Shown here piece by piece: positions 1-20,898 of a DNA stretch of 64,000 nucleotides (the stretch's first letter is position 1; each line of letters opens with the position of its first letter). The notes beneath the pieces were generated by a model that saw only the letters and a list, made by a program, of their open reading frames with translations, had not been told where the DNA came from and made no database searches. A program made the position numbers and the translations under genes. The DNA is from the human T2T-CHM13v2.0 reference genome, Homo sapiens, in NCBI RefSeq assembly GCF_009914755.1, contig NC_060925.1; one strand, 5' to 3'.

Positions 1-1389
<1,389 letters not shown>

Positions 1390-1544
1390 TAAGCCTCCTT
1401 TCTGCCTCAGGATGTTAAGTCCTCCACAAACAGACTGTCCCATTCCAACTCTGCAAACTCTGTCCTGCCTACTTATGTGAAATTAATGATCGCTAAAATG
1501 TCATAGGTGTTACCGAGGGCAAGAGAAAAATATTTAAGGGACAT

Positions 1545-3081
<1,537 letters not shown>

Positions 3082-3086
3082 AAGGG

Positions 3087-3640
3087 CGACTGAGCAGAGT
3101 GGTTCATGAGGATAATTGCAGCACTTTGGGAGGCAGAGGCAGGCAGATCGTCTGAGTTCAAGAGATTGAGACCAGCCTGGGGAACATGGTGAAACTCGAT
3201 CTCTACAAAAATATACAAAAATTAGTCAGACATGGTGGTGCGCGCCTGTAGCCCAGCTACTAGGCAGGCTGAGGTGGGAGGATTACCTGAACTCAGAGGT
3301 TGAGCCAAGATTGCACCACTGCACTCCAAACTGGGCAACAGGAGTGAGGCCCTGTCTCAAAAAGAAAACCAAAACAAAATTGATGTCTTCAAGAGGAAAA
3401 TAACCTAATGATATGCCTGCAGAGTAAGACAGAGAGAGAACATGAGCTGCTTAATGATGGATTCAAGATATATATTTTTTAAAAATTTAAATATACATTT
3501 TAAACTAAAAAATTTTAACAAAAAAAGAGGAGTTTCATCATGTTGCCCAGGCTGGTCTAGAATTTCTGAGCTCAAGCAATCGGCCTGCTCCAGCCCCCCA
3601 GAGTGATAGGATTACAGGTGTGTGCCACCACAACTGGCCA
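3087..3640. mobile_element. Sense Alu (3087-3370) and antisense FLAM/left monomer (~3525-3640)
   Basis: Alu consensus motifs; TSD gattca(a/g)ga(t/c)atat around the monomer. Confidence 0.85.
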
Positions 3641-3704
3641 GATTCAGGACATATTTTAATCTATTGGGGGTTTTGTGTGTGTGTGTGTGTTTCTTTTAAT
3701 TTTT

Positions 3705-3810
3705 AAAATATGGAACGCTTCATGAAGTTGTATGTCATCCTTGCGCAGGAGCCATGCTGATCTTCTCTGTATTGTTCCAATTTTGGTATATGTGCTGCTG
3801 GAGTGAGCAC
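3705..3810 (-). pseudogene. U6 snRNA processed pseudogene, full length
   Basis: Reverse complement aligns to U6 (GTGCTCaCTcCaGCAGCACATATAC...ATACAGAGAAGATcAGCATGG...GCGTTCCATATTTT). 11-bp TSD TTAATCTATTG at 3656-3666 and 3811-3821; tail decayed to a (CA)n repeat. Confidence 0.95.
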
Positions 3811-3842
3811 TTAATCTATTGTTTTAATTGAAAAAATAACCT

Positions 3843-4603
3843 GTCCAGGCGAGGTGGCTCACACCTGTAATCTCAGCACTTTGGGAGGCTGAGGTAGGCG
3901 GATCATTTGAGATTGGGAGTTCAACACCAGTCTGGCCAACATGGTGAAACCCCGTTTCTACTAAAAATGCAAAAAGTAGCTGGGTGTGATGGCATGCACC
4001 TGTAATCCCAGCTACTTGGGAGGTTGAGGTGAGAGGATTGCTTAAGCCCAGGAGTTCAAGGCTGTAGTGGGCTATGATTCTGCCACTGCAATCCAGCCTG
4101 GGCGACAGAGTGAGACTCCATCAAAAAGAAAGGAAAGAAAAGGAAGAAAGGAAGAAAGAAAGGAAGAAAGGAAGAAACGGAAAGGAAAGGAAGGAAGGAA
4201 GGAAGGAAGAGAGGAGGAGAGGGAGGGAAGGAGGGAGGGAAGAAAGAGAGAAGGAATAACCTGCCCGGGCACAGTGGCTCACGCCTGTAATCTCAGAACT
4301 TTGGGAGGCCGAGGTGGGCGGATTACCTAAGATCAGGAGTTTGAAACTAGCCTGGCCAACATGGTGAAACCCCCGTCTCTACTAAAAATACAGAAACTAG
4401 CCAGGCATGGTGGCAGGCACCTGTAATCCCAGCTACTCAGGAGGCTGAGGCAGGAGAATTGCTCCAATCCCAAAGGCGGAGATTGCACCATTGCACTCCA
4501 GCCTGAGTGACAAGAGCAAAACTCCATCTCAGAAAAAAGAAAGAGAGAGAGAGAGAGAAAGAAAGAAAGAAAAGAAAGAAAGAAAGAAAAGAAAGAAAGA
4601 AAG
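3843..4603 (+). mobile_element. Two tandem sense Alus with purine-rich (GGAA/GAAA)n tails
   Basis: 3843-4254 and 4263-4603; target word AATAACCT present three times. Confidence 0.93.
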
Positions 4604-5228
4604 AATAACCTCTCCTTTTACTTACATAAAGGCTGATTTTTTAAAATAATCTCTCAATAAACTGTGTAAAGAATATTTAGTGCTGCACTGAATACAAAAC
4701 TGAGGACTTTATTCAAAGATGGTGTAGACCAAAGTCACATTAATTTTTTTGTTAAATGCCTCTAATTCATCAGATAGCCAAATCAGAAGTCAAATCTGGC
4801 ATCCATCCTTTATCATAAAGGTATGGAGCTTACCTTAGGCGTTACTATGAAAAGAAATTCAGTGTCAATTGTTCAAATAACTAGCCCATTAACTGACTCC
4901 CCAAATCTGATACAATGATTAGCTGCAGACAAGCCTAACTAACCGCAGTACTGAGACTGGATTTGGGAAAGAATGCAAAAGTGTGTTTACTTTTAATGAA
5001 CTAACTAAAGGGAAAGCATTCCTTAAACCTCCCTCCAGTTGGGCAACCACTTTATAAAAATTAAAATTTCATCATATCAGAACAAAGAAATGCAGAATCA
5101 GGGCCAGCAAGAATGTGCAGTTATTTGTCATTCTGCTCTAATTCCTCTACCAAAATGGACTACTCATGGCCATTTTACTAGAACTGTGATTAGAAAGCTT
5201 GGGCATCTCAGTTAAAAAGTGCACATTG

Positions 5229-5525
5229 GCCAGGTGCAGTGGCTCTCACCTGTATTCCCAGCAATTTGGGAGGCCAAGGCAAGAGGATAACTTGAGGCCA
5301 GGGGTTCAAGACCAGCCTGGGCAACATAGTGAGACCCCCCGCATCTGTACAAAAATAAAAAAAAATTAGCCAGATGTGTTGTTTGCTTGCTTGTAGTAGG
5401 AGGCTGAGGCAAGAGGATTGCTCGAGGCCAGGAATTCGAGGCTGCAGTGAGCTGTGATCATGCTACTGCACTCCAGTCTGGGTAACAAAGTGAGACCTTG
5501 CCTCTAAAAAAGAAAAAAGAAAAAG
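5229..5525 (+). mobile_element. AluJ
   Basis: ggccaggtgcagtggctc...gcctgggcaacatagtgagacc; A tail. Confidence 0.9.
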
Positions 5526-6309
5526 CTCATGTCTTTAAAGTAGTTTGCTCCTGGCACTCTAGGTTGTGGTTCTCTTGAAGCCTATATATTTGGGATTGTA
5601 CAAAATATATTCTCAAGCATTTTAACTTTTAGCTTGTCAACTGTTGGAGTTTCAGGATTCACATCTCTTATTTAAAAACAAAATAGGTTTCAGTGTTGTC
5701 ATATACCTGGTTAATGTCACCTGCCTGTTTAATGGACACTGTACTTCCTTTCCACCATTTATTATAGAAAATCCCACCCCTTGTCCCCTGTGTCTACTGA
5801 TTGTCCTCAATTTTCTGTTCACTGATGATTCAGAAGCAAAGAGATGATGGATGTAACTCTCAGACAGCCTAAGCCTCACAACTGGGGAGGAAAAAGGGCA
5901 TGACCACTTCATATCTTTAGCTTGGTACACAGAAACCAGGTTCTTTCTACTGACTCTCAAAGGACGTTCTGACCTTTTTGATTTGGTTTCCTACTACAGG
6001 ATTTGTCTAAGATCACCGTATAGTACTACAAGAATGTCAATAACCATCTGCCAAACTATAAAAGGAGAAAAGACTAGGAGCCAAACTGGCTATGTAATTT
6101 ACCATGGTGAGTGACAGGACACACTGACCTTATTTGACAAACCCTGAAGCCAGATCTGGTCCCAGCTCAATAAAGAAGAGAGTACAGCAGAGTGATGAGC
6201 ACTCGAGCTCTAGGACTAGATAGACCCATGAATCTCAGCCCCAGTCCCTCCTAGCCAGTGGACCTTGGGGGAAATAATTTAATTTAAAACTCTTTGCTTT
6301 TCTTGTCCC

Positions 6310-9027
<2,718 letters not shown>

Positions 9028-9287
9028 TCTTTTTAAAAAAATTATTAGGTAAATATAGAAAAAGTGGATAGGTCGTGACCTTCTGAAAAATGCAAACGGA
9101 TCAGGAAAATCTAAAATGCTAATATTTAGTATCAAAATAATGCTTGAGGGTATAAGTTGTCAGATTCATGGAAATAAAAAAGGTAGAAACTGAGCCTATG
9201 TTTTTGAAACTCTTTTTGGTTTTACAATTTCATATAGTATAAAGTGACCTTTTTAAGTATCCTCAGTGTCTTTTAATTAACTCTTTC

Positions 9288-9868
9288 TTTCTTTTTCTTT
9301 TTCTTTTCTTTTTTTTTTTTTTGAGATGCTTTGTCACCCAGGTTGGAGTGCAGTGGCCACATCCGCCTCCTGTGTTCAAGCAGTTCTCGTGCCTCAGCCT
9401 CCCAAATGGCTGGGATTATAGGTGCACACCAACACACCTAGCTAATTTTTGTATTTTTAGTAGAGCCAGGGTTTCACCATGTAAAACGCTGGCACACACC
9501 TGTGCCACACACCTGTAGATCTGTGATTAGTCAAAATAGCATAAATGCAGATATGTTATATGTTCTATTATATTTAAGAAAGAAAGGATAAAACCAAAAA
9601 GGAAAGAGTTAATTGGCTGGGCGTGTTGGCTCACGCCTGTTATCCAGCACTTTGGGAGCCGAGGCCGGTGGATTACTTGAGGTCAAGAGTTTGAGACCAG
9701 CCTGGCCAACATGGTGTGTGCCACCATATAGCTAATTTTGTTTATTTTTTATAGAGATGAGGTCTCATTATGTTGTTCAGGCTGGTCTTGAACTCTTGGG
9801 CTCAAGTTATTCTCCTGCCTAAGCCTCCCAAAGTGCTGGGATTACAGGTGTGAGCCATCATGCCCAGA
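9288..9868. mobile_element. Two antisense Alus broken by an internal inversion
   Basis: Right arm 9288-9482(-); its left arm 9615-9716(+); remainder of a second Alu 9717-9868(-); inverted TSD. Confidence 0.9.
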
Positions 9869-10128
9869 TACATTTTTTTTTATTAAAAATAATATTATTT
9901 GTATTTTCTTATTTCGCAAAAGACTGAGAGGGCAAAAAAAAAAGTTGATTAAAATCACTGAAACATAAATCAAAATTGAGTTATATAGCCCCATGTAAGT
10001 TTCACCCATATGAAATATTTCAGTCTAGAGGAAAATCTATTATTTGAATGATTGTTTTATTTATGTAGTCTGCCAGACTATTAGGTAATATATAACATCC
10101 AGTTTCATGAATTAAGAGTGCCTGAGAT

Positions 10129-10425
10129 GGCTGGGTGTGGTGGCTCATGCCTGTAATCCCAGCACTTTGGGAGGCCAAGGCAGGTGGATAACCTGAGGTC
10201 AGGAGTTTGAGACCAGCTTGGCCAACATGGCAAAACCCTATCTCTACGAAAAATACAAAAATTAGCCGGGTATGGTGACATGTGCCTGCAGTCCCAGCTA
10301 CTTGGGAAACTGAGGCAGGGGAATAGGTTGAACCCAGGAGATGGAGGTTGCAGTGAGCCGAGATTGTGCGGCTGCACTGTAGCCTGGACAACAGAACAAG
10401 ACTTTGTCTCAAAAAAAAAAAAAAA
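10129..10425 (+). mobile_element. AluS
   Basis: Full dimer; TSD tgc(c/t)tgagat. Confidence 0.93.
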
Positions 10426-12189
10426 TGCTTGAGATCTATTTTGTTGCTTTGTGTTTTAATAATAATTATGCTGTGATTCCTAGGGAAATCACTTTGGATA
10501 TGCTACAGTTTCCTCTTTTAAAAACAATTTAGATCATTTAGTTGTTTGCTTAAATGTCTTTAAAGGCCTTAAATTGAAACAAAATGATATTGAGTTTATT
10601 TCTTGTACTCTAAATAAAGATATGAACTATGAGCCATCAGACACAGATCATAGATTGTGATAAACATGGGGAACTCAGCACAAGCCTACAAGAGAGTAAA
10701 GTCTTAAACATTCAATTGCCAAAAGATTGACTAAGGCTCTGTTTAATTATTGGTGTTATAAAAAGTGAGTAATATTTACCTGGCCATAATCGTATTGTGT
10801 AAAAGTCACTTATCTTTCCTGCCAGGTGCCACATTTCTCACAGTTATTTAAAAGAATGAGAAGAAATCTTTACTCAGTCACTCCTTTCCAAAATGTACCA
10901 TTCCATCATCTTATATAATTTGGCAGAGGAGAGGATTATTAAGAAAGTTGATAAAAAATAAAAAGTGCCAACCCTAGCTCAGGTTCTGTACAAAATCAGT
11001 GACAAATGCCTATGTTAGCAAAGGGTACAAGCAAAAATGCACTACTAAGCAATGCTTTGGCAGTAACTAACTGGTTCAGTACTTATAAGACTTCTGTTAA
11101 AAACTCCTCCATATCTGATGCAATCAGTCTATTTGAATGATGAAAATTTTAAGGTGTTTGTTGTTAATAAACCCATATTATAAACATACTGAAAGGGCCT
11201 TTCTAGTTTGTTCATGCAAGGGGTTAATGATAAATCCAATTTTGCAGGAATATCAATTCCTAATAGATATGTCATAATGTCTTGGAATAGTGTTGTCACG
11301 AAGTTTACACTGACTGTAATTCATTAACTAAACTTTAACATCATCATGCAATATGGGTTCAGGTGACATTGTTGAATACTTTTTGGATTTTGGCAAAGAT
11401 GCCTTAGAGTCATTAGTTATCTGTCAATAATTTACGAATCCTTTCTGAAATCTGTTAGCAAATATTTTTTATCATTATAAACATATTCTTGTAAATGTGA
11501 GTCATTAGAAGTATTCCATGTTGTGGTATCGAATGAGTTCAATGGGGTAGTGAAGGTGTTTAAAACAGAATGTTGTAATGGAAAATGCCCACACTTGCCA
11601 AATGGAAAGGGTCAGATGATACCTTGATTGAGAAAAAATAAATACAAAAACTGAGGGTGTGATTTGTTTTGTGTCCTCCCCCCCGCATGGCCAGAACATA
11701 AATTGCTTGTTAACTGTCACTGAGGCTGAGTCCCAAGCATCTGTTATTTGTACCACATGTGAACATTACTCTAGCCTCACTTTCAGAAAAATATGTTCAT
11801 TTCTCACAAAGTACTGAGTACGTATTTCTATTCAATCAGCCTGATGGATAAGCTTCAAAGGACCAAAGTAACTCATTAATATAATGTTTCCTCAACAAGC
11901 CAGTGAGTTTTGTAGGAAAGCAAGAGAGTGACAAATGGCAAATAGTGTCTTTTAAAGATTCTGTTAGGAGTTATTAGGCAAGCTGGTAATACTACCACCC
12001 CCAATTTTTTGTACATTCTTAAAAATAATTATGTCTGATTAGAGGCAGACAGTATAGCATGAAATTCAATCTTTGTGCTATTACATGCTTTGTTAACCAT
12101 GTACAATAAGGATGAGAAAAAAAGCAAATCACTTTATTTTTGGATTTATTATTATTAATAATTATTTATTCCTTATTCCTCATTATTTA

Positions 12190-13910
<1,721 letters not shown>

Positions 13911-14531
13911 GGTCCCTTCTGGGTTTCCATCTAAAATCAAAGAAGAAATCATTGGTTTCAATAATAATATTTTAAAATCCACCCTATGATTTTTTTTTCT
14001 TTAAAAGAAAAATATCAATCTAAGAAAATAATACCTAACATGGTGTTAATGAAAAGTAGGTTGGATTGGTTATGTGTACATAAGAACTTAAAGCTCAAAG
14101 GAAAAACAGCACGTATACCAGCATGTTGACCTGGCTCCGCTGACAGCCAGGATTACCAGTTATTTCACTTGGTGTGTACCAGTGCTACTTGGAAACTACC
14201 CACCTTCCATGAGCAGGTCTACTCAATAAAATCTTACTTTCATGAGGCTGTGAGGATATCCAAATGGGGACATTTCTTATACTCAGAAGACCACAAGTCA
14301 CGAATGTGGCCACTTCTGATTCTGACTTCAGGGGTCACCCAGACCCCAAGCCACCCCAACCCGATAAAGGCAAGTTCACCTTGGGCAAAGTTCAGAGCCA
14401 GCAGCACAGCTGAAAGGCAGTGGACAGCACTTTCAGATGCTGTATTCCAACATTTCAACTGACATGAAGTGAGGCAAGAGGGGAAATAACTAACAGTAAT
14501 CTGATTAAAAAACAAAAGAGAAAAAAAAAAG

Positions 14532-15130
14532 GGCCTGGTGTGGTGGCTCATGCCTGTAATCCCAGCACTTTGGGAGGCCGAGGCGGGTGAATCACCTGAG
14601 GTCAGGAGTTCGAGACCAGCCTGGCCAACATGGCAAAACCCCATCTCTACTAAAAATACAAAAATTAGCCGGGCATGGTGGCACGTACCTGTAATCCCAG
14701 CTACTAGGGGGGCTGAGGCAGGAGGATTGCTTGAACCTGGGAGGCGGAGGTTGCAGTGAGCCAAGATTGTACCACTGCAGTCCAGCCTGGGCAATGGAGC
14801 AAGACTCTGTCATTAAAAAAAAAAAAAAAAAAAGGACTGGCCTGGGTTTACAGGTAGCTCACACCTGTAATCTGAGCACTTGGGGAGGCTGAGGCAGGAG
14901 GACTGCTTGAACCCAGGAGACCAACCTGGGCAATACAGCAACACACTGTCTCTACAAAACATTTAAAAAATTAGCTGGGTGTGGTGGTACACATCTGTAG
15001 TCCTAGTTACTCAGGAGGCTGAGGCAGGAGGATTGCTTAAGTCCATGAGTCTGAGGTTGCAGTGAGCTATGACTGTGCCACTCCATTCCAGCCTGGGTGA
15101 CAGAGTGAGATCCCATCTCTAAATAAATTA
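14532..15130 (+). mobile_element. Tandem AluS (14532-14833) and AluJ (14839-15130)
   Basis: Two sense dimers with A tails. Confidence 0.92.
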
Positions 15131-15207
15131 ATAGACCATAAATTCTGTAATGTGAATCTTTAGACAAAGACTGCTAAATCTATCATCTGATATATGAAGT
15201 TTTATTA

Positions 15208-16024
<817 letters not shown>

Positions 16025-16439
16025 TAAGTTTTACCTTTTGGGGATAAAGAGATAGATTGTGTTTTAGCCATATGACCAATGTAGAAACAAGCTAAGGTTA
16101 ACTCCTCATCTAATGAATAGGCCCGATAAAAAAGTTGGTTGACCACAACATGAATAAATAAATAACCATAAGCTTGGAAATGCTACCTGTAGTATTTCAG
16201 AGTGTCGATCACATTTGTAGTCATCACTTAAAGAATTAATGTCTGCCAATGTTATCATCTAAAATGTATTTACAGAGGTCAGAAGAGCTATGTCTGTCCT
16301 CCTCTATGCAAAGAGGTGATGACATCAAGGGGTATGTCACAAGCCAAAGTTTAGTTAGCCTAAGTTAGTTAGCTGGTTTGCAGTTTTTATCCACTAAGTC
16401 TGATCTTCTGACCCCTCAGTTTTACAACTTTCCACTCTC

Positions 16440-16862
16440 TGTGCTGCATAGCACCTCTCCACTTCTGAGTTAATCATTTCTTTGCCATTATCTGGCAAGA
16501 ATTCTTATCTCTTTTGCTGTCACTTTATAACAGGGTCCTCTTATCAACCTGCATAGAGTCATGTGATGAGTCAAAGCCTATCAAAAGTTTCCATTCTTCT
16601 GATTAGAAACCATCATGAAACTGGATACATGGTTTACAGCAGGTCACTAATGTTGGAAAAAGTACAGAGTCCAGGGAAAGACTTGCTTGTAACTTTATGA
16701 ATTCTGGATTTTTTTTTTTCCTTTGCTTTTTCTTAACTTTCACTAAGGGTTACTGTAGTCTGATGTGTCCTTCCCAAGGCCACGAAATTTGACAAGCTGC
16801 ACTTTTCTTTTGCTCAATGATTTCTGCTTTAAGCCAAAGAACTGCCTATAATTTCACTAAGA
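16440..16862 (+). promoter_or_regulatory. NR5A2: NR5A2 exon 1 proximal promoter and 5' UTR (CpG-poor, endoderm-type motifs)
   Basis: Repeat-free DNA upstream of the ATG. HNF1-like GTTAATCATTTCT 16469-16481; four GATA motifs on the minus strand (~16488, 16505, 16541, 16578); AP-1 TGAGTCA 16567-16573; NR5A site CCAAGGCCA 16774-16782. The TSS cannot be fixed from sequence. Confidence 0.75.
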
Positions 16863-16926
16863 ATGTCTTCTAATTCAGATACTGGGGATTTACAAGAGTC
16901 TTTAAAGCACGGACTTACACCTATTG
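16863..16926 (+). CDS. NR5A2: NR5A2 coding exon 1 (MSSNSDTGDLQESLKHGLTPI/G)
   Basis: ATG at 16863; 64 nt; donor TTG|GTAAGT at 16927; phase 1 matches both exon 2 and exon 3. Confidence 0.97.
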
Positions 16927-18099
16927 GTAAGTAGGAGTTTCTCTATTGATCATCTATTTATTCTGCTACTACATACATATAATTTAATCTTGTTGATGGA
17001 TTTTGCATTTTAAGTCATGGCTTTTCCTATTATGTTTATTAAAAGCACACAATAAGCCTATGTATATATATCACACATTTATCTTTCTTGCAGTTCAAAA
17101 AAAGCAAATGGATATTTCAACATATGAATATTATTCATTATATCTAGTGTTTACTGGTGTCATTCTAATACCCTAATCAGCCAGAAAATATAATTTATAC
17201 TTTATCAATTTCAACTTTAATATTTTCTGATAATTTTTAATCAGAAATAATAAGCTAAAATTTGAACAATTTGAAACAAGTTAATCATATTGAGTGATCA
17301 TTGATCAAACTTTAACAGATAGCTGTCAAGTATTTGTTACTTTTCAACCCACACAAAAGTATGGTGTCTTATTCTCTGCTTATACCGTAAAAAATTTTCA
17401 TTTTATTTTCCTGGGGAATGAAAGTCATGCCCCCACCTCCAAAAAAAAAAAAAAAAAACCAAAAAAACTAGACCATCATTAGTAAAGGATTTGAAGAGCT
17501 ACTGTTTCTCGCAACAATTAGTATATTTTGTTTTTACAAACAGAAATAAGTAAATAAAGCTACTATTCATTTAAAAAATAGAGTTACAAACTTATGAATT
17601 TTATAGCAAGACTACATTCAATTAATTCTAAAAGTAAAGGACTGAAGGGAAGTGATTCCCAGTGATCTGTAATTATTTGTCTGTTGGAAGTCAGGCCCTT
17701 CTGCCTTTCCCCAGTTTTTGAAGGACCTGTGCCTTTTCTGGCAGCATTTGCCTAGGCTTTCAGACTGGAATTTCCCTCCGAATTTGCAGGGGCCTGTCAT
17801 GAGCTCTCTGAGTCTCAGCTCCATTATAACAAGAAAGAAAATCAAGGCTTGAGTTTTTCCTCTTTTTTCCTTCCTAGTCAGCTGACTCCACAGAATGCAG
17901 TGGAGTCACAGATTGCTTTTTTTATGGGCCAACTACACCCTAAAGTATATCACTTGAGGAAATGTTTACCAAAAATGTTCTATACTTACGAAAAAGAAAA
18001 CATGGGGAAGGTAAGCAGGGTGTAACACACAATCAATTGTTCTGCAGATAACACAGAAAATACAGGCACAAGAAAGATGAGAGAGCAGCACACAACCAT

Positions 18100-18560
18100 T
18101 TCGCATCTTTTTCGTCGGGCAGAACCGCCGCGGTGCGCAGGCAAGGAGTCCTTCCCGGCAGCTCCGCGCAGCTCCGGTTCCGCGTCCGGGGCCGCAGCTA
18201 GAGCGCGCTCGGGCCGGAGACGCGGACTGCGCGCGCACGGGGGACGCGCGCTCGGGGGCTCGCGCCCGCGCGGGCGGTCTTGGGCTCCTGCTGCGCGCAG
18301 CCCCAGCTGGCCGCTGCCAAAATAGAGTTGAGCTGGGTCGGGAGACCACGCACGCCGATCCCTCACAGTCTCCCCCACACCCCATGGGTGAATTAAAGAG
18401 GGTAAGGTAGGGGAAAGAGACGCTGTTGCACTTTTCTCTGCAACCCTGGAAGAACTGTGTTTCCAGCTACCGCACGCGCAACTCACATCGCAAGGGACCG
18501 AGGCGGTACACTCTGAGCGTAAACAGAGAACACCTGCAGCTCTGGAATCGGTCCCACCGC
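18100..18560. promoter_or_regulatory. CpG island 1 (intron 1)
   Basis: Very CG-dense, with many CGCG/GCGC words; strong donor-like sites AAG|GTAAGC (18011) and AGG|GTAAGG (18402) nearby. Confidence 0.85.
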
Positions 18561-20236
18561 AGAGGGCTGGGAACCGGAGGACTGTCGGTCCAGCCCATAA
18601 GGGGCTGCTGGGGACTAAACCTCAAGAAAAGTACCGAAGAAGGCTCTCCCCTGGCCTCAGCGAGACTACCCCAACATCCTAAACCTGTGCAGGCACTTCC
18701 GGGCGCCGGATTCCGGGATAACAAAATTCCAGTCAATTTGCCGGTAAAAGAGACCTCTTTCAGGATCTTGTTCGCAGCCACCCGCCCCTTCCCAACCCAA
18801 GCACATCCCCTCCGCCTCCTGGTATTGCAGCCCCGCAGGTGGTTGTGAGGTGTCCGCACCTGCAACATCTTAGTGACCCTGAGGCGGCTGTGGCACCGGG
18901 AGACAATCTGTTTACCTCGTAGCCTCCACGAGGGTGCTAACGGTCGTTCCCAGGGTGAATGGCTGGACGGAGCCATCCAAAGGGCTGAGGGAGAGGAACA
19001 GAGGGCGGTGAGGAGCCTTCGGACTGAACTATTGGATTGAAGGGCCTGACCCGATTCCTGAGGGAGAGATGCCCCTTGAATGGGTCTTTCTGATTGCCCA
19101 GGGTAGCCCCACTGGGAAGAACCCACGGGTGCAGCTGTAGAGAGTGTCTGAGGGTCTCGAGGGTAGCTTTCAGATGGCAAATTGCAAGTTGGGCTGTGTT
19201 GAGTGGTTCACAAAACCGAGCCCGGTGTATGTAGACATCAGTCAGGGTTTACAATTCTATATTTAATTCAGTTGTGTTGTACTAGGAAATGAGCCTCCTT
19301 TTGTTTAAAAAGCTGTCTCCATGGTTTTTAACTAGGGGCTACATCTTGTATGCACACTGATGGTTACATGAAAGTTTTGTATAGATGTCTGTGCTTGTAT
19401 AGAAAAGCAGAATTAAGATAAAGTTGTTCCTTCTGCCTACCTGCAAGATAATCATTCATTGTAGTGTAAAAGCAGCACACTCAGGTTATAACTAGATTGT
19501 TCCCTTAAAGTTAACTAACTCTGGGACACTGGCCAGACTCTTGGTTTCTGGTCTTGGTTTACTTCTTTCTCCCAAGTGGGATGATTCTATTGAATAATAT
19601 GCAGTACTAACTTTAGAAGCTTTTTATACTTACCTATATCAAGAAAAGAGCCATATCTGTGTGGTAGGAAATGTTATACATAAAACAAATATTTATTGAC
19701 CACTCCCACAGTGCCCAATATTATGCTTTGATTCATATTAAATTTCCATAATTCTTCAAATTAACTGCATTTGCAGAATATTTTATGCACTCAGTATAAT
19801 ATTGCATATTATCCACAGAAGGTTATGTCTGCATACTTAGGGGTACATGATACACAGTGCAAACACTGTATTGAGTCTGTAATGTGAGTCTTGCTATCTG
19901 GTCCCCTGAACACTCTGAGTCTGATTTTATTTCAGTGATAACCTCCAGCAAGCTCTGTGCTCATAAGGATCTCTGAAAGTAGACGTTTCATCAGCGGAAA
20001 GTGTGATAGCCATTATGTCACCCTAACCTCCAGCGAGCTTTATTTAGAATGCCAGCCACACAAGCCCATGTTCTGATTCTCATAGTTGGGGCTTAGGCTG
20101 CCAGTTTCTTCTATGAAGCTAAACTCTAGAGCCTCCCTTCTTTCCATGCCCGAGTCCATCTCCAAAACAGTGCTTCTCAGATTCCTCTTTTCTGGCCTGG
20201 ATCCACAGGTAGTGACCAGAGTTAACAGAGTTCTTG

Positions 20237-20898
<662 letters not shown>

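Noticed and set aside
3705-3810. Functional U6 gene (also 43080-43179)
   Set aside because: Multiple substitutions, TSDs and tails, and no recognisable PSE/TATA upstream; these are retrocopies.
18467-19180. 237-aa minus-strand ORF and other long ORFs in 17.9-31.9 kb
   Set aside because: Stop-poor GC-rich DNA with low-complexity R/P/G/A/S content and no recognisable domain.
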